Positions 1 to 42,798 of a stretch of 64,000 nucleotides of DNA are shown here, in pieces. The first letter of the stretch is position 1. The number at the start of each line of letters is the position of its first letter. This DNA is from Octopus bimaculoides (Eukaryota). A program made the translations under genes and the position numbers. The notes beneath the pieces are model-generated. The model had not been told where the DNA came from. It ran no database searches and was given only the letters and a program-made list of their open reading frames with translations. The DNA lies in contig NC_068984.1 in NCBI RefSeq assembly GCF_001194135.2, forward strand, positions 41,834,581 to 41,898,580, given 5' to 3'.

Positions 1-220
1 ATTATTTGTAATTCAACGGTACAGATTTCTGCAATGTGGTGCATAAATTGTCAAGTAAATGAGACGCATCTTTGCCTCCACTGATTCACTTGCAAAGTGC
101 TGAGTAAAATTATTTCGTTGCAGACCTCCTTTGGGTCTTTTTATTATCACTGCGACACACATAGTCCCCAGTTGGTAACATTGATTTCAAGGCCCTCCTA
201 GATGAGAGACTGGCATTCCA

Positions 221-376
221 CTTAATGTCTATGTTCCATGCTGGCATGGATTGGAGAGTTATTAATGTAGAAATATGGTATCGTAGCTACTAACAGTTGA
301 GGGTTGCGTAGTCTAGACGGCATTTTTAGATTTCATTATTCTCTTTAACCCGGGCAAAGCCGGGTATTTCTGCTAG
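221..376 (+). mobile_element. Helitron 3' end
   Basis: Hairpin CCCGG-gcaaag-CCGGG (349-364) followed by CTAG (373-376) then T; homologous to 38189-38343. Confidence 0.7.
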
Positions 377-1145
377 TTTAATATAAAGATAAGAAGCATA
401 CATACAGAAAAATAAACTTTACTTGATAGATAGACTAATTTGATACAATAGATTTTTATCGATTAAATTGAAAGAAACCATTCAGATCTAGCCAAAAAAT
501 GTAGGAATTGCCTATATGATGACCCTGGATAAATTAAGTATTTCAGATGTTCTTGTTGCAGAAAGACAGCTAGCTGGCAGAATCGCTAACGCGATATTTA
601 TCCTGGTTCATAATATGTTTTTCTTTTGTTGTTGTTTTTTTTGTTCAAATCCGAAAGAGGTCAACTTTGTGTTTTATTCTTTCAAGGTTGATAAAATATG
701 CACCTTTTAAGTACTGGGGTCAATATTACAGACTTATCCCCTCCTCCTAAAACTGCTGGCCTTATGGCAAACTTAAAAAAGAAACATTATTATTAAAGCG
801 GCGAGCTGGCTGAGTCGTTACCGCCCCGGATAAAATGCTTAGCGACACTTCATCCGGCTCTTTACGTTGTGTATAAATGCCACTGAGATGACTTTGCCTT
901 TCATCCTTCTGAGGTTGAAAAAATATGTTCCAGTTGAATACTAGGGTCGATGCCATCGACTTAACACCTGCCTCGAAATTGCTGGCCTTGTGCCAAAATT
1001 TGAAACCGTATGTCGCTGTAGTAGATTCAATTTATTGAATTTACTGATATTAATTTATTAAGAAAGAAGAAAAACGAAAATTGCTTTTGTTTCCAACCTA
1101 ACGACTAATGGACCATTCTTCAGCATTCATTGAGTGTTTGAATTC

Positions 1146-1590
1146 TTTTCTACTATAAGCACAAGGCCTGAAATTTTGGAGGAAGGGGTAAGTCGATTAC
1201 ATCGACCTCAGTACTCAACTGGTACTTAATTTATCGACCCTGAAAGGATGAAAGGCAAAGTCGTCCTCGTCGGAATTTTAACTCAGAACGTAAAGACGGG
1301 CGAAATACCGCTAAGCATTTTGCCCGGTGTGCTAACGATTCTGCCAGCTCGCTGCCTTAGAATAATCCTTTCAGCATTCATTGAGTGTTTGAATTCTTTT
1401 CTACTGTAGGCACAAGGCCTGAAATTTTTGGGGAGGGGACCAGTCGATTACTTAGACCGCAGTGTTTCACTGGTACTTAATTTATCGAAAGGATGAAAGG
1501 CAAAGTCGACCTCAACGGAATTGGAACTCAGAACGTAAAAACGCTAAGCATTTTGCCCAGTGTGCTAACGATTATGCCAGTTCACCGCCT
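1146..1590 (-). mobile_element. Two tandem copies of the ~210-bp tRNA-derived SINE (family 1)
   Basis: Minus-strand head GGCGGCGAGCTGGCAGAA with a B-box-like GAGTTCAAATTCC and 3' end CCTTGTGCCTAYAGTAGAAAAG; flanks duplicated. Further copies near 795-1008, 1790-1960, 4152-4365, 17055-17281, 24625-24810, 29800-30010, 36560-36750, 38873-39090, 42240-42575 and 56762-56975. Confidence 0.85.
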
Positions 1591-2345
1591 TATTGAGAGT
1601 TTGAATTCGTTAGTGTGATACTCTTGCCAAAACCATCCGTTAATTTCTCCTCGGAATTACCATAACGATTAGTACATAGAACTAGGTATATTTTTTTTCT
1701 GTTAGAATATTTTATATTCTGATCAAGCGAAGGATATGAGAAGTGTCAATCAGATCAGCCAATTTGAAACACTTTATTACTTTCAAATTTTGGCTCAAGG
1801 CCAGCAATTTTAGTGCTCAACTGGTACTTATGGTATCGACATGGAAAGGATGAAAGGCAAAGTCGACCTCAGTGGAGTTTGAACTCGGAACGTAAAGACG
1901 GATGAAATGCCGCTAAGCATTTTGTCCAGCGTGCTAACGGTTCTGCCAGCTCGCGGCCTTAATTTGAAACATTATGTGAGCAACTCCAAATACTGTTGTG
2001 AGAGTTTGACATATAAACTGACTTTTGGTACTTTTAAAGGCATCCAGATGTTAATAGACAGGTCTAGGCCTGAGATGAAGTAATTGATATTCAGCTGCTT
2101 TTGAATATAATGATAGCTTTATTATTGGAACATAATATTGATTTCCAACTTTGGTATATGTCTACTAATCTATATTGAGATCGATTACATAAATCTCAGC
2201 GAACCGTCGATTGACTGAATCCAATTAAGTACTGTTAGTAGTGCATAATTAAGTGCTTTTAGTAGTACATATACTATTGCTTATTGGAGTTGAAAAAAAA
2301 AACTGAACCCCGGCGTAATTATAAGCTCAGAAGTAAAACAACATA

Positions 2346-2718
2346 AACAAGAGCTCTCAGAAAGCGCAAATCTCCGCCGAGGCAACACCAACGTTCTCTC
2401 AACGATTAGCCAGAGATGATTTTTAAAATGAGAATATCTGAAATAAACTCGACTGCTCTCACAAACGATAATACTAAAAATGAATCCGACAGCTCTCAAA
2501 AACTAAAAAAAAAAAAAAAAAAGCAGGAAAAATAATCCAGAATCCTTGTCCGGTACCGGATCGATCCCAAAATCTAATCAGTTCGTGCCAGTCACGAGGC
2601 CAAACTTCCCTGAAAGTTTCATCTGAATCCATCCAGCGGTTCTTGTGATATATTGTCCTCGGACAAAGAAACGAACACGACTAAAAACAATACCTCCGCC
2701 TTCGCTAAGGCGGAGGTA
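2346..2718 (+). mobile_element. Non-autonomous element ending in a 12-bp stem-loop (Helentron/DINE-1-like)
   Basis: 3' hairpin TACCTCCGCCTT-cgct-AAGGCGGAGGTA (2691-2718) and a related CTCCGCC motif near the 5' end; family assignment is inference. Confidence 0.45.
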
Positions 2719-2830
2719 ATAAAAGCAGCAAATGATTTCATATTCGTGCGTCATCGTCATCATCGTCATCATCATCATTATTGTCATCATCGTCATCGTC
2801 GACGTCATCATCATCATCAGCATCAGCACC

Positions 2831-3200
2831 TTTTACCTTTTACTTGTTTCAGTCATTGGACTGCGGCCATGTGTGAACACCGCCTTGGAGGGTTTAGTCG
2901 AACAAATCGTGTCAAGTACTTATTTTAAAATCTGGGTTCTTATTCTATCACTTTCTTTTACCGAACTACTAAGTTACGAGGACGTAAACTAACCAATACC
3001 GGTTTTCAAGTGGTGGTGGTGGGGGGGACAAAGAAATACACACATCTATATATATGACGGGCTTCCGCACAGTTTCCATCCAAATTCAAACACAAAGCGT
3101 TGGTCGGCCCTGGGCTATAGTAGAAGTCATTTGCTCACTGTGTCTCGCAGTGGAACGGAACCCAAAACACGTGGTTGCAAAGCGAGCGTCTTAACCACAT
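2831..3200 (-). mobile_element. tRNA-derived SINE family 3 with central microsatellite and CORE-like motif
   Basis: Pol III-like head, 3' tail (GTAAAAG)n; better-preserved copies show a CORE-like ..GGGCAAGTG.. motif. Other copies or halves near 7860-8170, 15870-16070, 16760-16925, 40925-41136, 46710-46862, 47915-48120 and 49750-49920. Confidence 0.75.
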
Positions 3201-4784
3201 CGTCAGCATCATCATCACCACCACCACCACTGCCATCACCATCATCACCACCGTCAGCACCATCAAAATCTATAGAGAAATTTGTACCCTTTTACTGTCT
3301 CGACCCAACGTGGACGCAAACGTTTAACTTATTTTTTTTATTCACGCAACCAGAATACAATATTTCACTGTATTAGTAGTTTAAACAGGATTTTTTTTTA
3401 AAACTCAGAACGCACAGAATCGGAATACATACCACAAGGTATCACTCACGATGCCCTAACAGTTCCGCCAATTGACTACTTTGGGTTGATTTACTTTATC
3501 AAGTCCGGAAAGAATGAAAGACAAAGTTGACCTCCATTGCCCGACTCACCATCACACCCAAGCTAATACGGATTGGTTATATGTACCAGGGTTGTGCTGT
3601 GTTGGGTACTATGCACTCTATCGGCCTCTGCACTGTTGATTCAGTAGAACATTAAAGATATGACAGCTTCAGGAGTGAATACTACTCCAGACAGACTGGT
3701 ACTTAATTTAAACTGAGTGAATAAGGTAAAATCAAGTGCCGTGCTCATCGAGGATACAACGCGACGCTCGGTCTAGAAATTGATCCCACGATCTCATAAT
3801 CAAGTATCAAACATTCTAACTGAAGACTGTGCTCTTTCACATATTATTAATACAACAACTTTTATTGGTAACACTGTTTAAGAGCCGGGAATGGTAGATT
3901 CGGTAGAAGGTTGGATTAAATATGTTACAGTAAGTGGTCACGTCAATTCGCGCCTTAATTTCATATTCAGCTGGGGTGTTTGCTTTTACTCTTATGAAAT
4001 CGATACTATTATGTACTGGGGTCAATCCATAGTATTATAACCTTCTCTAACAAATTTGTGGGACTAAGCACTTACTTTATCGATGCAGTAACGATTCAGC
4101 TTGCTATTCGCCAAAATCCTTATTCAAGATATTAATACTATTGGTCTTTGAAAGCGGAGAGCTGGCACAAACGTTAGCACGTCGGAGAAGTGCTTAGCGC
4201 TATTTCGTCTGTCTTTACGTTCTGAGTTCAAATTCTGCCGAGGTTGACTTAGCTTTTCATCCTTTCGGAATCGATAAATTAAGTACCAGTTCCGTACTGG
4301 GGTCGATCTAATCGACTGGCCCCTCCCCAAAATTTCGGGCCTTGTGCTTAGAGTAGCAAAGAATACTAGTGGTCTTTGATTCGCTTGTACCATATTTCTG
4401 AAACTAACAGTATTCTTGTTGTTTTTTTTTTACTCATTTTGTGTCTTCTCTCAATGTCAGTCATAGCAGAGCAAAATCAAATTCTTTATTTTATGCCAGA
4501 ATATAAAGAAGACTTTGCAAGTAAGAAGTAACCTCGTTTCAACAAATATACTCGACTGATTGGAAACATCGAATTATTTTTTTTATCGATTCTACAACAC
4601 CAGTAGTAAATGGAGCCGTTTGAAACGCAAAGAAATTATAATTCGATCAGACTGATGTATCCTGAAGTTAATGGATTGTTCTGGGATATTCGACTGAACT
4701 GAAGGGTCCAAGTATTAATGAAGACCAAAATTATTGTCTTTAAAGGATTATGAGTGATTTAGTAAACAAAAAACTGTTACTTAC

Positions 4785-35314
<30,530 letters not shown>

Positions 35315-35446
35315 ATCCAGCTGTTTCTTTTGGAAAAATATAAAAAATAATGCAAGTTATAGGAAAGAAGATAAGTCGGAGAAAATTATTTGAAATAACA
35401 CATACAAAAGACATTTGAAATGTTCAGAGATTTTACCCTGATCTAC

Positions 35447-35515
35447 TTCAGTCTGTTGTGAATATACAACTAACGCTGTACGTGAACGTTAGTTGTATAT
35501 TCACAACAGACTGAA
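35447..35515. repeat. Perfect 29-bp inverted repeat with 11-nt loop
   Basis: TTCAGTCTGTTGTGAATATACAACTAACG-ctgtacgtgaa-CGTTAGTTGTATATTCACAACAGACTGAA. Confidence 0.95.
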
Positions 35516-36890
35516 ACTCAGTTTCAAAATTTGTTTCGAAAATCAGCATCTGTGAGTTTCAAAACAAATTGTGTCTGTTTTCCTTGAAACGAATTGGAGA
35601 AGTGATCCAGAGTGAATGAAATAATCGTTGCTGTTTGCTCCTACTCTAAAGTTTGTCGTGGTGACGAGTGAAAACAAACACCGGTAGTTTCTCTTGCTCA
35701 TTCGATCATACTGAATTTCTGTGACTGACTAGCAGACGTCTTTGAATGCAAGTGCCAAATATTTACTGTGCTTCCATATTTCAACGTAGGATACTCTGCT
35801 CTGAGCTACTTCTACAGAAAATTCAACAGTGTCTATACATGTGGTCAGTGATTTTGTTCCCTTCACTGGTTAAGTTTCTGAGAACATCGTTAGACTGTAC
35901 AGACTGCTCTATACTTTTGACTGTCTATAATTTTCAGCAGCAGAAATTGATTGCTCTTTTGCATTTTGTCAACTGAAGCATCAAATGTGAAATAGGCAGT
36001 CTAAACTAAGGAGATTTATAGTCACAATTAATCCAGATCACATAGGACAGTAACTTCTAAAAATTCATTGTGTATGTCAGGAGTGATGACATGAAGTTCA
36101 ATATCAGTATCATTATATTTCTGTGATCCGTGGCAAATGAGTTTTTGCGGAACTCATCCTGCTTTTTATCTGCAACGAAACATTTTCGTTGAGTTCAGGT
36201 TACAGTACTTTCTCCCAACCTACCAGTAATGGCTTTCACTCATTTGATAAAAACCTGAATTTCTAGTGTGAATAATTTTTCACAGTCGAATAGCTTCTAC
36301 ATATCAAAAGCTACGATCCTAAATACCCAGTTGTGTGTGATAAATGTACCATGATGTATACGATACATTTAACCACAAATTTTGTCACAAAGTTTTTCTA
36401 TGCATTTTTTACTGTACATACAATCGAAATTCGGATACAGTTTCAGTTTTATTTTGTGAAGGAGATTGTCTTTGTTTTCAAACGTCTGATGAATATATCA
36501 CTCTGGGTGCGGTTTTCAACCTGTTCTTGATATTCTTTTTGATTTTGGTACAAAGCCAGTAATTTTAGTGGCCGAAGGTTAGTTGATTACATCGACCACA
36601 GTACTTGACCGGTAGTTATTTTATCAATCCTGAAAGGATGAAAGGCAAAGCTGACCATGGCGGTATTTGAACTCAGAACGTAGAGAGCCAGAAGATATAG
36701 CGTGAAGCATATTTGTTCGATAAACAAACGATTCCGCTAACCTGCCACCTATTTCCGCACATAGAATAGACATTCAGCTGCGGTAGCTTTCATTCCTTGT
36801 TCCAATACTTCTAGTACACGATCTACATTGTTTAGAAATAATACATTTCTAAATCTCTCAGAGAGATTTATGCAGTAGTGATACGATGAA

Positions 36891-37288
36891 GTAGTTGTAT
36901 GCTGTCAACTTAATGTGACAGTCCCATGAAGAGAATAATACTACTGTTGGTTAGACCTAGGAAGCTGCACCGCTTCCTGTCGGCCTTGACACATTTCCTG
37001 TGTCCTTATGAATGTATTTCACTAGAATTATTATATGTTTACAAGAGCTTGACGGGCATCTTCGACTAGCAAGTCATGCTACTCCAGACTGATGACGAGC
37101 AAAGACTCAGAAACATGTCTCTGGATGCAGGCTTAGCTGGGTGGAGGTGCTTGTCTCCCCCTTGTAAACATAAGGACACAGGAAATGTATCAAGGCCGAC
37201 AGGAAGCGGTGCAGCTTCCTAGGTCTAACCAACAGTAGTATTATTCCCTTCAGGGGACTGTCACATTAAGTTGACAGCATACAACTAC
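36891..37288 (+). mobile_element. Fold-back insertion: 120-bp inverted arms around a rod-like spacer with a hammerhead at its apex
   Basis: Arms 36891-37010 and 37169-37288 with 3 mismatches; 11-bp direct repeat ATCTACATTGT at 36821-36831 and 37290-37300. Confidence 0.78.
37083..37125 (+). ncRNA. Type I hammerhead ribozyme motif
   Basis: TCCAGA-CTGATGA-C-GAG-caaaga-CTC-A-GAAA-CATG-TC^TCTGGA: 6-bp stem I that extends into a long G-U-rich helix, intact core, C.A mismatch at the base of stem II. Confidence 0.65.
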
Positions 37289-37479
37289 AATCTACATTGT
37301 CTTTGTATTAACAGAAATATTTTCAAATATTTCGTTATGTCTGTTGCATCTTCCTTTTTGACCCCCTACAGATACACCACCAGGTGAATACTCTGTTCAC
37401 TGATTTAATCAAGCCCATTTCCACTGAATTCTTGGTTACTCATTGTTTACAATCATCTGCACCCGTGTATTTCTGTATA

Positions 37480-38343
37480 CGTGTATAACATATCTGTCCT
37501 GGGAAAGAGAGACAGCTGCAGAAAGGGAAGCATACCAAGAAACGAATAAACTGTGCCCTACAAAATCCTGAGCATCTCAAAGTGAGGAATAGAGGTAGGC
37601 ACAGCTGACAAGGAATAGGAATCTCCACTGCAGAACGAAGAGCAGTTTCAACAGCTCAAAGAAGCAACTTCTATGAAGCAGCTTTCGATTATGATCCAGC
37701 AGTTCATTATGCAGATGACACTAGAGTTTCCATTGGTGCAATGACAACTGAGTGCATACATTGTAAAGCAAGGAAGTGGCCTGGAGAGACACCTGCACTG
37801 CACTGTAGTGCTGGAAAGGTTAAACACCCTGCAATCCGCCAACCTCCAGACCCATTGAAGAAACTGTTGTTATCAATTCACCAAGATTCCAAGCATTTTC
37901 AAAACAAAATTAGACAATACAACGCTGCACTGCAGATGACATCATTTGGCGCCACAAGAGATTTAACTGAGCCAAGATTCATGCAAACTTTCAAGATCCA
38001 AGGTCAGGTTTATCATCGGATTGGCTCTCTACTACCTCTGTCAAATGAATCGCCAAAATCCGCCTTTCGTTGTTTATAATTTGTACCTGTTTTTTGGTTT
38101 CTAAATAAGCTACACAAAACGTGTTTTTGAATTACGCGTATCTATTTTATATACATATATAAGTTGAAAATTTTCTTTAACCATTTCGCTTAACGTCTAT
38201 GTTCCTGCTGGCATGGCTTGGAGAGTTATTAATGTACAAAGTTGGTATCTCAGCTACTAGCAGTTGACACCTGCATAATCTAGACGGTGTTTTTAAATTT
38301 CATTACTGACTTTAACCCGGGCAACGCCGGATATTTCTGCTAT
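37480..38343 (+). mobile_element. Helitron deletion derivative: Rep/helicase N-terminal fragment plus 3' end
   Basis: AFDYDP..IGAMTTECIHCKARKWPGE...GKV...IRQYNAALQMTSFG...FKIQGQVYHRIGSLLP is diagnostic for Helitron RepHel. 3' hairpin CCCGG-gcaacg-CCGG at 38316-38330, ending CTAT; same family as 221-376. Confidence 0.88.
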
Positions 38344-40194
38344 TTAATCAAATAAACGAATAAGCAAAAGGAATATGTGTAATACACAAATGAAAATAAA
38401 ACAAAGAGCCTGACTGTAGTACATATACTTAGCTATAATGATTAAAATAACTAAAGAACTAAAAAGAATTACAAGCTTCAGACGGCACATTACTTAACAG
38501 GTCTGGGGCTCTACCGTTTCTGTTACTCCAAAGCCTGTACAGCATTACTAACTATAGTAACAATAGTTGTCGTTTCCAGTCACCTTCTTCAACAGTTGAG
38601 TGTCACATACCTCGGGCGAACGAAAGAGATACTGTGTAAACGGTCAATCTCCTAGAAATAGAAGGTAAAACTCTCGTACATAACTCCTTACCGTTTCAAA
38701 AGCAAGAGGACACATTTGACAATTAAAAGCAAAAGGACACAGTCTGACATGCGCCTGCAAATGCAGGATGTGGTGGTCACGAATGGAATATCTTTAAGCA
38801 TTGTTTTGAATGATCAAAGTTTGCCTAACAACATTCTTAATATCTTGTCATCTATATTATTAAGGTAAGCGAAAGGGCGGCGAGCTAGCAGAATCGTTAG
38901 CAACGAAGGACGAAATGCATAGCAGTATTTCTTCTGGATTTATAGTCTAAGTTCAAGTTCCGTGGAGGTAGACATCGCCTTCTATTTTTTCGAGGTCTAT
39001 AAAATAAGTACCAGTCGAGCACTGAGATCGATAATATCGACTTACCCCTTTCCTTAAAATTTCTGGACTTGTGCCAAAATTTGAACCCATTATTGAAATA
39101 TACAAATTGTAATTTAGAAAGGTATTCTATTCAGATTAACACACGAAACAATTCGCTAAGCACTATCTATTTTTAAAAGAAAAACGGAATAGAATTCAGA
39201 ATATTTTATACTTGATAAAAAAAAANNNNNNNNNNNNNNNNNNNNNNNNNNNNNNNNNNNNNNNNNNNNNNNNNNNNNNNNNNNNNNNNNNNNNNNNNNN
39301 NNNNNNNNNNNNNNNNNNNNNNNNNNNNNNNNNNNNNNNNNNNNNNNNNNNNNNNNNNNNNNNNNNNNNNNNNNNNNNNNNNNNNNNNNNNNNNNNNNNN
39401 NNNNNNNNNNNNNNNNNNNNNNNNNNNNNNNNNNNNNNNNNNNNNNNNNNNNNNNNNNNNNNNNNNNNNNNNNNNNNNNNNNNNNNNNNNNNNNNNNNNN
39501 NNNNNNNNNNNNNNNNNNNNNNNNNNNNNNNNNNNNNNNNNNNNNNNNNNNNNNNNNNNNNNNNNNNNNNNNNNNNNNNNNNNNNNNNNNNNNNNNNNNN
39601 NNNNNNNNNNNNNNNNNNNNNNNNNNNNNNNNNNNNNNNNNNNNNNNNNNNNNNNNNNATATATGTGTGTATAATACAAATAATATATGAGTATATATAT
39701 ACGTACATGTATGTACATACCTACATCTGCATGTATATATAGATGCATATCTGGGTACAGGATGTTGCAAAAACACGTGGACAAAATGATAAACAGAGTA
39801 CAGAAAACACACAGGCCACATAGAGAACATTTCTTTCATCAGTTGCCACCATTCTAAAACTAAGCGTTTCGAAGAGTTAGGGCAATATATATATATATAC
39901 ACACATATATATATATAAAGTAATAATTTTGAATTTGAGTACAGACTCCTGTGTGCCAGCAGCAGCAGGCAAATACCGAAATTTATTTAATTGAAATAAG
40001 CAAAACGGAGATTAAAGAATGAGGTACCTTTTGACAAGCCACCTGATCAGGCACATCCTCACCGAACGATGCACCACAGCTATTTGTACAGAAATTCATC
40101 ACCGAGGACCGATGTACGATCAGTCGAAACGATCGTAGTGATTAATTAAGAGTCTCGTGAATTCCATTTTCCCTAATATATATATATATATATA

Positions 40195-40221
40195 TTATTG
40201 TTATTATTGTTATTATTATTA

Positions 40222-40254
<33 letters not shown>

Positions 40255-40723
40255 GTAGTAGTAGTCATCTGTCGGTTCCGAGAGGGCATGGATCTGCGCC
40301 CGAAGAAATCGTGTCAGCTGCTAAAAGTGGTGCAGTGTCTGGTGTGGCTGTACAGGACCACACGACAATGGCAGTCACGCATACAGCGACTGCATTTGAA
40401 GGACCTCTCTGCCGGTGCTACTGGTTTTTCTTTCCGTCGAGTGTGCTTTTCTTTGGTGGCGAGTTCCTGGTTTTCTTCTGCTAGTTTCATCCCCTTTCGC
40501 AGTATTTGTCTCTAGTGTGGGCGATGATTTGCCACCTCCTCTCATCTCAGGACGTCCAGATCAAGCAACTTCATATCCCTCTTACAGAAATCGCTTGATC
40601 TGGACGTCCTGAGATGGGAAGAGGTCGCAAGTGATCGCCCTCACTAGAGACAAATACTGCGGAAGGGGATGAAGCAAGCGGAAGAAAAACAGGAACTCGC
40701 CTCCCAAGAAAAGCGCACTCGAC
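40195..40723 (-). mobile_element. LINE 3' end with (TAA)n/(TAC)n tail plus an inverted duplicate
   Basis: Minus strand encodes a terminal ..LYSHTRHC motif then the tail at 40195-40265; inverted arms 40436-40566 and 40593-40723. Confidence 0.6.
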
Positions 40724-41789
40724 AGTTATAGGCCACCAGTCATTAGGGTCTGACGAGACGTGTGTAAAGCTAAACGCTTTGTGAACGCGAAACCTTGTGT
40801 AAACCTATGAACCGGCCATAACTAACATTCTCTAAATACTCTACTGCTCTATAAATTAGAGTGCGTTTCTCTTTCGGATTTATGATTTATAATGATGATA
40901 TGTGTGAGTGTGTGGGGTGTGTATATCTTTGTGTCTGTCGTTGTTCCCCACTCCCCACCACTTGACAACCGGTATTCGTGTTTACGTCCCCGTAACAATT
41001 CGGCAAAAGAGACCGATAGCACCAGGCTTTAAAAAATAAGTACCGGGATCGATTCGTTCGACTAAGATTTTCTGAGGCGGTGCTCCAGTATGGGCGCAGC
41101 CTAACGACTGAAACAACTTAAGAGAAAGATAAAAGATCGTATATGCTTCAATGTATAAGTGAGCTAACATTGGCACAGACAAACATGTACATATGCACGC
41201 ATACACCGGCGCCTGTGCAAACAAACATACACACGTATTTGTTAATGTATGCGGTTTTTATCTATTTACGTATGTGCATAAATATATAGGTAAATTGATA
41301 GATAGATAGATAGATATAAACATAGACATATATATACATACATAAGTGTACGTGTGTGTGTGTGCGTGTGTGTGTGTGTGTGTGTAAGACGGGGAGGGAG
41401 TGAGAAAACTAAATTAACTGATACAGAAAGAGGGAAGAACGAGCAATTTGATGGTAATTTTGTGTATTTTAGGTTACATGAATGAATAAGTATGAATTAA
41501 AACGTGGGAACACCCAATACCGAAGCCTGCAAATTTGTCTACATCGTCAATAGGAGTGCTTCGCCTCTACGTAGTCTACTTATCTGCTAAAAGTAGTAGA
41601 CAAATCTCTCTCAGCGTCTAAACTGACATGAAAAAGGACACCTTAGATAATATAGTATCGGAATCAAATACGTCACGAGAAAAACATGGAGTGGTCACTG
41701 TTGGAATGTCTTCAGTCGGGATCAACAAGGTGCGAAACAACAAGCTTGCTAAATATATCTTTGTTTGAGGTTTCAAATTGACCTCTGGT

Positions 41790-42170
41790 TTTGAGCTGAA
41801 GCTGTGGTGAAGGCAGAAGTGGGAGAGTGGATGGTTCCTGTCGGGAGTCCCTGAGGACGGAAGTGCTGGTGGGTAGCATCACTGATCAGCAATCAAAGAA
41901 GAGTCCACACAAGGGAGGCGCGGAAATGATAGTGAAGCGGCGGTTAGGAATCCTCAGAGAGCTGGCCAGTGAATTTGGCTTGAAACTACAGGTAGTGTTT
42001 GTGCCTTCAGAAAAGAATAAGGCAGGTGTGCTAACCAGGATGAAAAATCCCTGGCTGGTAGTGGCAGGGGATGTACAGACTGTTGTGGCTACAGCGTGTC
42101 GCCTGGCGGGCTCAGAACTGAGGAGGTTGCACAGCATGCACCATATGGGTGTAGACAGGACTCTGTTCCT
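41790..42170 (+). mobile_element. Ty3/Gypsy pol fragment (RNase H end and integrase zinc-finger start)
   Basis: EMIVKRRLGILRELASEFGLKLQVVFVPSEKNKAGVLTR...LHSMHHMGVDRTL. Confidence 0.8.
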
Positions 42171-42798
42171 TGTGGTGGTAGTGGTGGTGGTGGTTTTGGT
42201 GGTAGTAGTAGTAGTAGTAATTGTAGTGGAGGTTGTGGTGGGGTACGCGCTGATCAGTGCGCCAGACTAAAATGCTTAGTAGCATTTTTTCCGGTTTTTG
42301 CATTTTGAGCTCCAATCTTGTCGAGGTCGACTTTGTCATTCATCCTTTTGGGTTAATATTAATAAAGTACTAGTCAAGTACTGGGGCTGATGGTATTTAA
42401 CAAACCCTCCACTTAAAATTTCTGACCTTTTATCATTATTAATATTATTGCCGACTTTACCCTTCATCCTTTCGGAGTCGACAAAATACGTACCAGTTGA
42501 ACACTGGGGTCGATATAATCGACTCATCCCCTCCCCCCAAATGGCTGCCCTTGAGGCAAAATTTGAAACCATTATTGTTATCATTATTACTATTATTATT
42601 ATTATTTTGTCTTTTCACAGCTTCTAACGCTGGAGATGTAATACAGTGTCAGCTGTTCACTATCGGTGAACTAAGGTAACATCCCTTATTTTTCGAGCAC
42701 CATCCGGAATATTCGAGCTGTTCCAAGTAGTGCTGTTTTCTGCAACTACTCCACCCTTATTGCAGCCCCTATTTGTTCCATGTACTATTATTATTATT

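Noticed and set aside
1990-3640. Possible next SLCO exon (AG-bounded segments near 2070 and 3630)
   Set aside because: No frame gives the expected P.P..fG..ID..C..W motif; the next exon is probably left of the window.
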